Source: Blastocystis sp. Blastoise (taxonomy: Eukaryota; Protista; Bigyra: Opalinata). Taken from it: a stretch of DNA of 64,000 bases. Both the position numbers and the translations under genes were made by a program. The notes under the pieces are model-generated. The model saw only the letters and a list, made by a program, of their open reading frames with translations, had not been told where the DNA came from and did no database searches. Below, one piece after another: positions 32,901-59,267 of this stretch (its first letter is position 1; every line of letters begins with the position of its first letter). The stretch lies in the NCBI GenBank assembly GCA_039096225.1, contig JBBPEB010000012.1, forward strand, positions 62,001 through 126,000. Reading direction: 5' to 3'.

Positions 32901-35674
32901 GTTGTTTGACTATTATTATAAATCTGTATAGGAGGAGAATAAATAGTATTTGATATATTAGGAACACTATAAGAAGAATTTGATTGAGTTATAGGTATAT
33001 TTTGTTCTTGATTAAATGGTATAGAATAATGAATAGAATTATTTATATTATTATCTACAGAATTATTTATATTGTTTATTTGGTTTATATCCTGACTAGA
33101 AGAAGAAGATGATGAATATTGAGAAGAAAGTGGAATAGGACTTGTATATAATGGAGGAGTTAGAGTAAGAGAAGTATCAGGTAAGGTGGTATCAGGAATA
33201 TCTATAGGCATATTATTATCTTCTACTTGTTTATTAGGTTCATTATTGATAAGAATTCCATTCTGTAATAAATGTTTAAGAGATAAACTTAAAGAAGGAG
33301 AAGAAGATCTCGAAGATTCAAAATTAGGAGAAGATGGAATAGAAATAGAAAGTGAAGGTATATTATAAGGTACTGTTAATGGTATATCAGAAATCTTTGT
33401 AGGATAAGAAGAAATATTTGGAATAGAAAAAGTAATTGTAGCACATGTATTTAAATATTCATGATATTCTTGTTCTAATTGATTTGTTAAATATATAATA
33501 TTATGTTGCATAGAAATAGAAAATTGATGAGAACAATGAGAAGAATTGGATTCATTTTGATATGTTAAATCTAATAATAAGTTTCCATCAATCATTTTAT
33601 TATGATTAAAAAATCCTTGACAAATAGATTGTATATTAAATTTATTATATGTTAATATACACACATAACTACCATAACCGTGACGTTCTATAATTTGATC
33701 ATTATTATTATTTAAGCATTGATTTATCTGCTTAATAATAATAAATAAATCTAAGCATTCTGATTGGACAGTAGAAGTATTAATTTCACCATCTGTATTA
33801 ATAGAAAAAGAAGTTGATTCTTCTTTAATTAACCATCTAGACATTTTATCTTCCGTAATATCATCATCTTCAATTAATATATGAATCTCTCCTTTATATA
33901 TACTATTATCGTTATAAATACAATCACCAGATGGATGAAGATTATTATTTTCATATAATAATTTAGTTTTCAATAATGTCGTATAAAAGATAGCATTTCC
34001 TTCTAATAGATTATTATTCCAAGTAGCATAATAACTATATTGATGAAAATGACTACAAAATAATCCACTTCCTTGTTTCATTCCATTCTTCCAGGAACCA
34101 ATAAACGAATCATTATTCAAATAAATAATCATACCAAATCCCTCAGGATTAAAATTCTTCATATTTCCAATATAAATAGATTTTGAATAGATACGACAAT
34201 AATATTGATTTACATTATAAAATTTTATATCACTTCTATTTGAAGCATATTCATCTTGATTTGGTATATAATAAGAAAAAGATGTCATTTGTTCATCCTT
34301 TATAAAATATTGATCATAATACGTTTTGAAGATAGCTTCTGGAAATAATATATTAATATAATATGGAGAATCATTTCCTGATCCTAATAGACAGGAATAC
34401 TGTTTCAATGTGTCGTTAAGAGTTAACTGAATGACACGATATATATATTTTGTATATTCTTTTGGAATAGAAAGAAACGAATTATGATATTCTTCTGATG
34501 ATTGAATTTCATTTATATTAATATAATAAACTTTTGAAATACGTTGAAACTTTTGTTTTAATACACCTGGATCTATTTTATGAACAGGTACATAATGTTG
34601 AATAATTTCTTCATTTTCTTTTATACCTTGATGATAATGACTTACTATTAATTTATCTTTTTGAATTCTATAGGCTAAACCTTCTAACTTATTATCTATC
34701 CATTTTCCTTTAATACGACAACTTACTATCTTATTAGGATTTATTATAAATTGAAGTCCATAACCATTTCTATTATTCTCTTTATATTCACCCATATATG
34801 CAGATCCATTCTTACAATATTCAAAACCAAGTAGAGTCTTTTTACCTTGTTTAAATACACCTGTATAACTATATGAATTCGGTTCTTCTAAATGACCTAT
34901 TCCATCATATAAATCATCTTTCCAATAACCATAATAAACTACTTTTCTATTCCGTTTTAATGTTCCATAACCATTCTTTTTTCCTTTTGAAAAACAACCA
35001 AAAAATAATTCATTTGTTTGATCTACAACCAATAAGCCAGCATCATTGAAATAACCATCTTCAAAATAACCTAAATAATAACAATTATTAAACTGAACAT
35101 AACCAAAGTAAGTATTTTCTTTTTTATTATCAGAATTATTCAATTCAATATCAGAAAACTCATCAATAAGAATATCATCCTTATCAAAACGATAATTCGA
35201 TACAGAAGAAATAAAAAGAGGCTTTGAATGGTTTCTTTTATAAATTGTTTTTAATCTTGATTCATTTTTCTTCTTTAAAATCTCTACTAAGTAACTGTAC
35301 GATGTATGACTTATTTCATTATTATTATCAACAGTACCAATATTAGCAGAATCCAAAGAAGATAACTCAAATGCATATCGATCATTATGTTCACCCTCTT
35401 CGACACTTTCATATCGGATGATATTACGAACCTTTTTGAAACTCATAAATAACTCCTTTTCTGAAAAAGCATCTTTATCATATTCTTCATAAAATAACTT
35501 TCCATATGTAAATCCATTAATTTTCTCATTTTTCTCATTCAGATATCCAGTATATAATGACTCCGACTGCTCATAATCAAACACGAACTTCTTTTTATCT
35601 AGATATTATATAAAATAAACAAAAATAAATAAAAAGAAAATACCGTCCCGAATTTCAGTATCTATTATATCCAT
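29939..35674 (-). CDS. Protein of about 1900 aa with N-terminal MORN repeats, two tandem-repeat blocks and an acidic tail
   Basis: MORN motifs YYGYWKDDLYDGIG, YTGVFKQGKKTLLG, YMGEYKENNRNGYG and FIGSWKNGMKQGSG are present. A short first exon (MDIIDTEIRD) splices to a 5.6-kb exon. A small terminal exon near 29885-29910 is possible. Confidence 0.85.
30920..31895 (-). repeat. Coding tandem repeat, 123 bp (41 aa), 8 copies
   Basis: LPTLEENPEMKQSMSNSLIPPPSMAVLPIANNRNIQNNI occurs 8 times. Confidence 0.95.
31905..32870 (-). repeat. Coding tandem repeat, about 57-72 bp (about 20 aa), about 16 copies
   Basis: Variants of NITNTITNDELPIIPNDIPN. Confidence 0.93.
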
Positions 35675-36525
35675 ATATTTCTATAAAATAATGATATAGT
35701 ATTCGTATTAGAAAAATAAAAAATAGTAAATAAGCTATTAAAACACAAATTGAAAGAAGTAAAAAAAAAAGAAAAAAACTGAAAAGGAACTAGAAAGTAT
35801 TTTGACATAACTAACTAATATACAACACTAATTTATATTTCATAGTATTATAAAAGCATAATAATCGCAAAAAATATAGATAAAATAGAAAAATAGCAAG
35901 AATATATATGTAATTATTTTTGAAAAGACTTATAAATAAATATACATTTTACAATCCAATATTCAGAAATGAAAAGAGCAATTTTAATAATTAACCAATT
36001 GTATAATTCGACAAATAGTCAAAATAATAAAAGAAATCTAAAAAATAAAATATGTTCCAAGTTTTAACAAATTGCTAGGAAGAAAACTCTAATAATCGTG
36101 GGAATACTTTTAATTCTAGTAGATTTTCTGGAACTGTATATCCTTTTAAATTTTCTCAAAGAAATACATTCAACTAAGGAAATCTACTAAAAAGACTACG
36201 AATATGTAGAGAGCTATAAGTACTTTTTCCTCTTTTTCCTTGTTTTTTCGTTATGGAGTCTGCTATTTTGAATATTCGGTCTTTTATATTTAAGAATAAG
36301 ATCGGTACGATTGGTATCACATTAGAATTATTGAATTCATTGACTGTACATTTTTTTCATTCCAAATTATTGTTTCTTCTGTTTATCTAATACTCATTCC
36401 TAACTGAGAAGATATCTAAAAGAGTAAATCTAGAATATTCATATATAGTTGAAAGAGTCAGATCAAAATGGATTTTTAAATGGTCTTAAAAAGTCTGGTT
36501 TTCATCCCTTTATATTAGCAAAACG

Positions 36526-37824
36526 ATGTCTAGTATATTTTTCATAGTTATCTATATTCACTCTTAAACAATTTACTTATTGATATTGTCTATTTGTTTA
36601 TAATTATTACATATATTTGTTAGAATCTTCCAAATCGAATTTGTCCTATGTATGAGTTATAATGTTTCTTTTTATTAACTGTGCTTTTTAGAGTTGAATA
36701 TGACGATTTTGATTTAAATAAAGTTTTAGCACCACAACCTTTTATGCGTCATACTTATGGATGTTTTGTTGTAAATATTTAAGATATTCATAGGCTTTCG
36801 ATTTTTTGTTTTATTTTTATTATTTTGTTTATTTGTCTATACTATTCATAATGAATATTTCTATCTATATTCTTCTATTTTTATATTTTTATATTCTATA
36901 TCACTTTTAGTTAAGTCATCAGAGATGTCTTTCTAGTCAATATCCTTATGTATATGTGAATAAAACAATGGAATTAATAAATCAAGGAGAAACAACAACT
37001 ATTGATTATTTACCATCATTAGCTGATTATTTACAAATAATCACGGGAAGAAAAGACATAGATAAAGAAGAAATTTATTCTTTTGGAGGGAAACCAGTAT
37101 TAGGAAGTAATATTTTCTATGAAAATGAATATATATATGGAATTACAAATCTAAAACCAACTACAAATGGTATATATATATATTTATTATTGAATATTTA
37201 TGTGCTTATTATGTTTATTTGTTTTTTTTTGTTAATTTTTAATTTTATTTGTTTATTAATTTATTATATTTATTAATTATATTATATTTATTATATTTAT
37301 TATATTTATTATTTATTATCATCTTTAGTATATATATATTATTATTATTATTCATATATATAGGTCATGTTCTTCTTATTCCTAAGCGACCTGTTCCTTT
37401 TTTCACGGATTTGCATTCAGAAGAATTACAATCCCTCAGTGAAGCCATGCAAGTATATATATTTATAATAATAATACTAATTATTATTATTATTAGTTTT
37501 ATTATTATAATAATAAATATAATTATTCTATAGACTGTATCTATAATGATGAAAACATTATATAAAACTCAAAGTATTACGTTATGTGTACAAGATGGAC
37601 CGTTAGCCGGACAAACCGTACAACATATTCATGTACATGTGATTCCACGTGTTTATAATGATTTTGTTCCTAACGATAAGATCTATCAAGCATTGAATAC
37701 ATATGATTTAACACCTGAATATAACGTTGAATTCATTACACCTGACGATCAACGTCATTGTAGAACAAATCAAGAAATGAAAGAAGAAGCAGAACAATAT
37801 AAATCATTCTTAAAACATATGTAA
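36526..37824 (+). CDS. FHIT: FHIT-type HIT hydrolase (bis(5'-adenosyl)-triphosphatase) with an N-terminal extension
   Basis: NLKPTTNGHVLLIPKR, QDGPLAGQTVQHIHVHVIPR, NDKIY and RTNQEMKEEA are present. The 5' exons and start codon are less certain. Confidence 0.85.
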
Positions 37825-38116
37825 ATTATTATAATATATTTATATTTGGGTATTTCTATGTCTTAGTGAATTATATTTAGTTTTATTTATTATTATTTTT
37901 ATCCATAAAACTATTGATTATTGAATATTAATATATTAATAAAAAAATATTAGAATCTTAAAAACTAAATAGAAATAATTTTTTTTTATACATATATATA
38001 ATTAAACATATATATGTATACTGATATACATGGAAAAAAATGTTTTTAAAAAAAAATATTGGAATTAACAATTAAAAAAAATGAATTAGTTAATTATTTA
38101 TATATATATGATAAAT

Positions 38117-38520
38117 TTAGAATCTAGGAAGAGCAGTAGTTCTACTCATTTCAAGGTTAAATTTATGTCCAAATAATTCACGAATATTCTTACAATGATA
38201 TTTAATCATAGTAGGTCTATAAAAATAATTATATTTAATATAATAAAAACAAATATTTAAAATATATAAAATAATAAATATAATAATGTAATAAAATAAG
38301 TATGAAAAATAATAAATATAATAAATAGAATAAATAGAATAAATAGAATAAAAATAATATATACCTTTCAAGAGAGAGACCACAAGCAATGACACGTACA
38401 TCTTCTGGTAATCCCATTGGACGAAGCATTTCGGGTCTAAACATACCACTGTTACCGATCTCTGTCCAACAGTGAAGATCCGGGTGGAAACCAAAGATTT
38501 CCATGGAAGGCTCAGTGTAA

Positions 38521-38551
<31 letters not shown>

Positions 38552-38597
38552 TATTAAACATAGAAAAAGATAAAGTAATATAAATGTTATATAAATG

Positions 38598-38650
<53 letters not shown>

Positions 38651-38856
38651 AGGATTATAAGCAGGTTTGAAACGAAGATCTGTAATACCAATCTTCTTGA
38701 AGAAATCAGCAATAAGAGCTATATATATATACTATTATTTATAATAAGTATTATATATATATATATACCAATTAAATTACCAAGATTAAGATTTCTATCA
38801 GCAATGAATAACTCAACCTAAAATAATAATAATAATAATAATAAACATAATAATAA

Positions 38857-38892
<36 letters not shown>

Positions 38893-39090
38893 TTGATGGA
38901 ATTCAGCTAAATGAGTAGCGTCCATTGTTTCGTTTCTGAAAACACGATCAATACTGAAACATTTAATTGGCTTAAATCCTTCAGGATCATGTGCAGCCTT
39001 GTATAAAACACGTGATGAGACAGCAGTAGTGTGTGTTCTAAGAATGTTCTTCATAGCTTCAGCACGTTGCCATTTATAACCATATCTATA

Positions 39091-39134
<44 letters not shown>

Positions 39135-39962
39135 TTATTAAATTCAATATAGAATTCTATTATATATATATATATACCCAAAACTATCATAGCCTCCTTC
39201 TTCATGCATTTTCTTAACATCTTGAAGATAATCTTCAGGAACAGATACAGTCTCCGCAGGATCTTTTATAAAGAAAGTATCTTGAGCATCACGTGCAGGG
39301 TGACTTTGAGGTTGAAATAAAGAATCGAAATTCCAAAAAGAACTTTCTACAAATTGACTTGTAGGCATTTCATTAAATCCCATTTCTAAAAGGATTTTAC
39401 GGAATTCTGCACGTACTTTCATTAAAGGATGAAGATACCCACCACCTACATCTAATCCCATAGCACAATAATTATATCTATATATATATATATGTTTATT
39501 ATTATTATTATTATTATATAATTAAATGAAAATGTGTTATAAAGATAATATATATATATATATATATATATGGTTTAAGAGTAAGTCCATCGAATTCATC
39601 TTTATCAATCATTTCCTTAGTAATATCAGCATATTGCTTCTTTCTCTCTGTACTGAAATTATCACCCTTCATAATCTTCATATATTTTCTTTGACTATAT
39701 AATAATAATTATTATTATTACTATTATATATATATTAAAAAATATAAACTTATAATATATATATATATATATACACTAAAGAGATCATTTGTCTACGTAT
39801 AAGATATTTAGCATCAACAGAATTAGGTACAAGATCAACAACAGAACCAGCACTCTCTTCTATAGCCTTTAATTGTTCCTATAGAATATAATAAACATAA
39901 ACATAAACATAAACATAAACATAAACATAAACATAAACATAAACATAAACATAAACATAAAC

Positions 39963-39999
<37 letters not shown>

Positions 40000-40565
40000 T
40001 ACCTTTAATTCATCGATAATAGAATCTTTTTGTTTAAGAATCTTTCCAGATTGTTTATCTTTAGTAATCCATTTATTTTTCATACAATGACTAAATCCAA
40101 TCTTAACTAATTCTTTACCAACTTTTTCATTTAATTCATCAGGAGTAATACCTTCATCAGGAATAGAACTGAAAAGAATAGCTTCTATATATATATATAT
40201 ATATAATAATAATAAAAATTGATAACAATAAATAAATAATCAAAAAATAAAACTATAAAAAAATAGATATTATTTTAAATAAAGTATACCAGGAGAACCA
40301 TTAGCAAGTACACTCTTAGCTTCTTCAGAAAGTTCCCAGAATTGTTGAGATTTAATTTCAGTAACAAGCATAAAATCAACTTCTAATGATTTTACAACAC
40401 CAACAAGAGCTTGATGATCAACACCAAGAGAAGCTGCATATTCAAATGAATTTTCAATACAACCATGTTCATTGACATACTATATAACATTATATATCCA
40501 TACTTAATAAAAATATGTATATAACTCAATACTTCTAAAAGATTCTTTTCAAGATTATCACTCAT
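38117..40565 (-). CDS. FARSA: Cytosolic phenylalanyl-tRNA synthetase alpha subunit, 11 exons
   Basis: [80 protein letters not shown] and GLSLERPTMI are present. Confidence 0.97.
39893..39965. repeat. (AAACAT)n microsatellite in a PheRS intron
   Basis: About 12 units. Confidence 0.9.
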
Positions 40566-42190
40566 TGTGTTCTTTCAAGAAATAAAAGATCTATTTATCT
40601 TCAATGTAAATAATGTAACAAATTGTTGTCTTTTTCTTTTATGAAATATAATGACATGCCCAATAAATGTGGCAATTCTATCGCATCTCAAACCGATACT
40701 TTTGCGAATAATAAATTGATACAAATAATCATGGAAATAATCAAAACTACACGTATGTTTCCATTTTTCTATTTATTATTTTTATTCTGACACACTTCTT
40801 TTTTCCCCATTAAACAAAGTCAATTTATACTGATTATTTTATAATTTCATTTATGTAGAAATTTTGCTGAATTGATTTGAATACATTTGTTGTTCGAATC
40901 AACTAAATATTGATTTAACTGATACACTATTTTGAGTAATGCCACATATGGAATAGATAAGTGTCCTATTTTATATATAGAATCAATCTTGCAAAAAATT
41001 TAGTATTATTTAAGATAATTGATTTATATTTCAAGACAAATAAGGTTTTATGATATTATTTAGTATAGATACGGTGTCAATAATGTATAAATGAAACTAA
41101 ATTATAGTTTCAAATGAAATATAGAAAAAAGCAATTTTGTTTTTTTTTTGATGGCTTGAAAATATCATATAAAAAGATAGAAAAATAGTAGATAGTATTA
41201 GTTTATTTTATATATGATAACTCTGACTAGATTTTAAGATATGTCAAAAAAATAATGTTGAGAAATAAGAAGTTTTAGAATGGAAATGACAATATGTAAC
41301 TAATATGTATATAAAGAAAGATTGATGTAATTTAAATTTGAATGAAAGATTAAAAAAAAAAGAATAAAAAAATAATGTTAATATAATGAACAAAGAAAGC
41401 TGTTAATAAATGAAATGAAATAAAAATGACAAAACAATTATATACAGTATACAATAATGATGTATAATTATATATGAAATTATTTAATGTATACTATATA
41501 CATATAGTATATAAGAAAAATAGATATTCGATTCAAGATTAAATATAAATATACATATACAGAAAATGAAATAAAATAATTATAAAATAATAGAGATAGT
41601 GTATGTCAAAAAGAAAAAAATAATAATGTAAAATAAAAAATGAATTAGTTTATGATGTGTATTGAATTATAATATCATAAATATATACCTATACTAAATT
41701 AATAAGTATATCTAAAATACAAAAAAAAAGATAAAGAAATATCAATAAAATAATCAAATTAATTCATTATATTGATACTAACAAATATATAGAATATATA
41801 ACATTTATATAAAACATATAGTATAATAAATATATATTATAGTGAAAAAACGATGTACAATCAATAGAATGTTCCAAAGAACAAATAAGAAAAGGGAATA
41901 ACATAACATATAAGAGACATATAGTTAAGGAAAACAATATAAAATATATATATATATATCTATTAAGAATACTTTTCTATGAAGATAATATAAAAAGTAG
42001 TAGGTGTAATTATACTTAATAATGCATATATAAATATATATATTTAATAAAAATAAATGAGGAGATTTAATAATAATAAGAAGCAAAATAATAGTTATAT
42101 AGAAATGTTTATAATAAAAAAAAAATAGATTATAATAATAAAAACGTATATATATATAAATAATTTTTCTAAGGAAAGCGTATGTTTGTT

Positions 42191-48602
<6,412 letters not shown>

Positions 48603-49855
48603 CAACTCACTAATACTAAATATCAGTTATTGTTTAAATATAAAAAAAAAATTTTTTTTTGTTTAGCAACACTACTCTTATACACAGAATTTTCTTTTTG
48701 TTAAAATGTACAGTGATTTTTTAACAGAAAAACCTATGATTATTAAAAAAATTTGAATCATTTGTTTCCATTTTATCAATTTAATTGATATTCACGGGAA
48801 ATGATATAAGTGTTTTTAAACTCAAAACGAACTGTTTAGTCTTTGACTTATTCTATATATTGATGTATATAGATATATATGATAATCTATCATAATTTCT
48901 GTTCTCTTTATTTTTTTTTCATTACATAAAAAATATTTATTACCATGGAGGTATATTCATAAATATATGAAGTAGTGAACGTTTTTGTTTGTGTTTTATC
49001 AGAATATGAAATTCTTTATTTTTCTTTAGATAGAAAATTGACGCACATTAGTTGGCCCTTTTAACTGTTGAAAACATATGATTGGCAAAATCAGCCATTT
49101 TATCCAATCATTTTTCTTTAAACGTCTAAATGTGTAATTATGAAGTGTTCTTCATTAGTTTCTTAATATGACTATTCTCATAGTATCAAGTGCAAAAATT
49201 TATATAAATTGAATCTCATTATTTAAAAATATATATATATCACAAATAATATGAAATGAAAAAATATGTTTTTATGATTTCGTCATGTGGTAATAGATCT
49301 TCTATTATGGTATGTGACAAGAAAGCACTATACCAATTATGTCTCAAAAATTATAATATGGTCAACTAAATACTCTACAGTGACCTTTTTTATAAATGGC
49401 ATTTTGGTAAGAAACTGTTTGTGTTATTCTTTCATGAACCTTCTCCGAGAGTTTATGTCTCTATTTGAGAATAATATGCTATTCTTAAAAAAAATAAATA
49501 TTAGAATCTAAAAAAAATAGAAAGTTGTTTTTTTATTTATTTATGGTATAATACAATACTAATCGAAGTGCTTAGATATCGTTTTATAGTGTTTTATTTT
49601 TCTATGGATACACATTTTCAACGAATTACTTTTCTTTGTGTAAAAGAATTTCTTTAAAATATTTTTTGCTAGAAAAAAAATAAAAACATATTAAAAATAT
49701 AAATGTAATAGGGTTGTATTGAAATAAAAGAATATAACAAAATAAAAAAAAAGAATTTTTATGCAGTATAACAAGATTATAAATATTATATATGAAAAAA
49801 ATATGAATATAATATATATATATGAAGATATATATATTTTTAAAAGAAATTATTA

Positions 49856-56227
<6,372 letters not shown>

Positions 56228-59165
56228 TTAAATTATTAGATAATAATTAAACAACTATAGAAAAGAAAAAAAATAATCAACAATAAACTGAATTTTTATT
56301 TACTTTATGCTGATAATGTCTGAATCCAACAACCATCAACTCATATTTCATTATCGAGTTACTGAATCACTTTGTTTTTATTAATTATGGATTCATATGA
56401 TACCTTCACCTATACTGAAATTTATTATTAAGATGTTTATCCATAATTTACCTCGCTAATTATGTGGTCTTGTTTAATAATTTGTCATTTTTATTAAAAT
56501 AATCATTCTGAAGTATTGTAATCCATAGTTTCATTTCCAGAAATGCTATAATATGCGTTTATATTTAAATTATATAGTATTGTATACAATTATAAATCTT
56601 ATTTATGTTTAATATTATTAATGAATATCTCCAAATGAATCTCTATCACTTGTAGGAGAGCATTCTATTTGTATATATGTTTTTTGTTTTTGCTTTATAC
56701 TGTTAATTCATTATTCATATGTGTATTATATATTTTCTAACTTATATGTAGGTTTCAGTATTGTATTATTTCGATTAAAGTTTACTGAGTATTCCATGAG
56801 TTTTATTTTGCTTCTTTTTATCTCTTTTTTTTTTTGTATAACTTCATTGTTCTTTTCTTTATTTGAAAGAATCTATATACTCGACTAGAAAGATGATAAT
56901 AAAAGATATTATATGATATATATGGAAAAAAATGAATGTAGTTATTTCATAAGAAGCAAAAATTTCAACTAAATAATATACTTTCTATATGAGATAGTAT
57001 AGACCTGTTTAGATTTGTCAAAATAATGTTTTATTCAAGAAGAATTATGTGAAAATACTAGTTAGAGACTTCAAATGGCTACAAATTCTTTTTTTCCATT
57101 TTAATGTTTAAATTGTGATTATTTATATACTGTCTTCTAGTGAACTAATTATAAATGCAACAAAAAGGAATATTATATATTATTAAAATTATTGTTTTTC
57201 TTAAATAATATCATATAAGGTACTTATAATACTAAAACATATATATTTTTTATTATTTTTATGCTCATATTTATCATAGGTTAGAAGGAGACATATTGAT
57301 TATATTTAAACTTTATTTAATAATATTATTGACTCAAAAAATGCGTCCAGGGTAATTCTATTAATAAAATCTGTTTCTTCAAATGTATACTACAATGAAA
57401 TTATTTAATTGCAATACCTAATTCTCTATACAACTTATGTATATACAATTAACCATTTTGAATTTATAAATCCAGATGTCATCCATCATTTGTGTTTATA
57501 TCATATATATTTCTACATTTTATTGATCTCAAGATCATCTTATTATATAATTTAATGATAGTTAAAATAATGACGTGCATATAATGTGAATTATAACAAA
57601 TTATAAAAAATACTCCACATTATAATGATTTCATATTATGTATATATATACCATCTAACCAAAAATGAATTTTTAAAAAAAATTAGGCTGAAAATAATAT
57701 TAATCAAATAGATTTCAAAATAAAAAAGTTTTGTCAATATAAACTTTGGTAAAATTTTCAAATTAGATTTTTTCATTATTCTCTTTGTAACTGTGTTTTT
57801 AAATATGTTTTTATTATATGATAATGTTTTGTTATATCGTTGACTACTAATAATTATAGTTATTTTATTCCTTTTCAAGACAAAAAGTAATTTTTAAAAT
57901 GTATTAAACTCGATATTACATATATTGTATATAGATCAATAAGAATATATTATAGGAAATATTTATTAAAACTATGATGCAAATATATGTTAATTAATGT
58001 AAGTTAAGTACATACATTCTTCATATCTTCCCACTTAAATGAATTTTCTGTAATATAAATTTATTGTCTAACTATAAAACATATTTTTTTAAATGAAAGA
58101 ATCGTTACAAATTGTTTGTATCAGCAAATTGTGATAATATTTTGTATGAAATATATAAAACAAGTCTCCAATACTTCTAAAACAAAATGAAAAAAAGCAA
58201 TACAGTGAAAAAACAGATCTTTATCGTGTACATTTCCTTTTTTGATCTACCCACTTTTATGATTAAATATCAAAAATATGTATGATTGATTGCATGTTAC
58301 GACTTAGAATGAAAAATAATGGGATATATCATTTCTACAGAGAACCAAAAAGAAATTGAATAATTTGTTACTAACAATGAATACTTTATGTTAATGTTAT
58401 TTTTATAGCAATTATTTTGAATTACATATTAATATAAATTCGTTCATGGTTGTCTATTCTTCTATCATTTTAAATTCTTTTAAGAATTGTTTTATTCAAA
58501 ATCTCATTGCTTTTCACATTTTATAATATAGAATATGATAACGAAGTTTATTTTGATGCTAATATTATTCGAAAGATATTAAATAAGGTGATATTATCAA
58601 TATAGTCTCTCTGAGATTCATTTTCTTGTTTACTTTTTATTTACTGATAAAACCAGCCATGAGACTAGTACTAACGAAAAAGTCTCCATACATTTGTTTG
58701 AAAACTTTTCCAGAAAAAGAATAGGAATACGAAAAATAATTGGATGATTGTATATATGGATTCATTAATTATAAAAATGAATAGCGAATAAAAAGACTGT
58801 GAAGAGTCATACAATTTGGTATAATCAGGAACCAGTAGGGTCCCAAACCCTATAGAAATACGTAAAAATAGGGTCATGAATCGAAGATGACCAGAAGAAG
58901 TTGAATAATCACGGTTATGAGTAGAGAAATGAAGCGAAAGATGAATTTCGAAATGGATGAATGTGTAGTAATTAGGAGCCATATGATTTATATAGACAAA
59001 TAATATGGAGTTTCATGATATTGAAACTATGAATATTTGAAGAAGAAGAAAAGAAAAAGGAAACTGGATATTAGAAATGGTTTATAAGATGAGTTGAAGA
59101 GTTTGTTCATAAATTTATTTATCAAACAATTTAATTTTAAGCTTTATTTTAAAAGTTATATCATA

Positions 59166-59267
59166 ATGGGTAAGGATCACGCTGCTAAGGAAATGAAAGG
59201 CAAGAAGGGTAAGAATGCTCCTAAGACTGAAGCCCCTGCTACTGAACCTAAGGAAGAAAAGAACTAA
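59166..59267 (+). CDS. 33-aa Lys/Glu/Ala/Pro-rich microprotein (MGKDHAAKEMKGKKGKNAPKTEAPATEPKEEKN)
   Basis: A GC-richer island runs from ATG to TAA. Eight of nine Lys codons are AAG, and CAC, AAC, GCC and GGC are used, unlike the background. Confidence 0.65.
   Translation: MGKDHAAKEMKGKKGKNAPKTEAPATEPKEEKN

Noticed and set aside
31929-32909. 326-aa hydrophobic ORF on the plus strand
   Set aside because: It is the antisense shadow of the 20-aa coding repeat; the lack of stops follows from the repeat unit.
38521-38651. U12-type AT-AC intron
   Set aside because: There is no ATATCCTT donor or recognisable TCCTTAAC branch site. AT-AC is only one of several equivalent registers in the direct repeat.
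58671-58982. 103-aa minus-strand ORF
   Set aside because: It has no recognisable motif or codon bias and overlaps the likely promoter of the 59166 microprotein.
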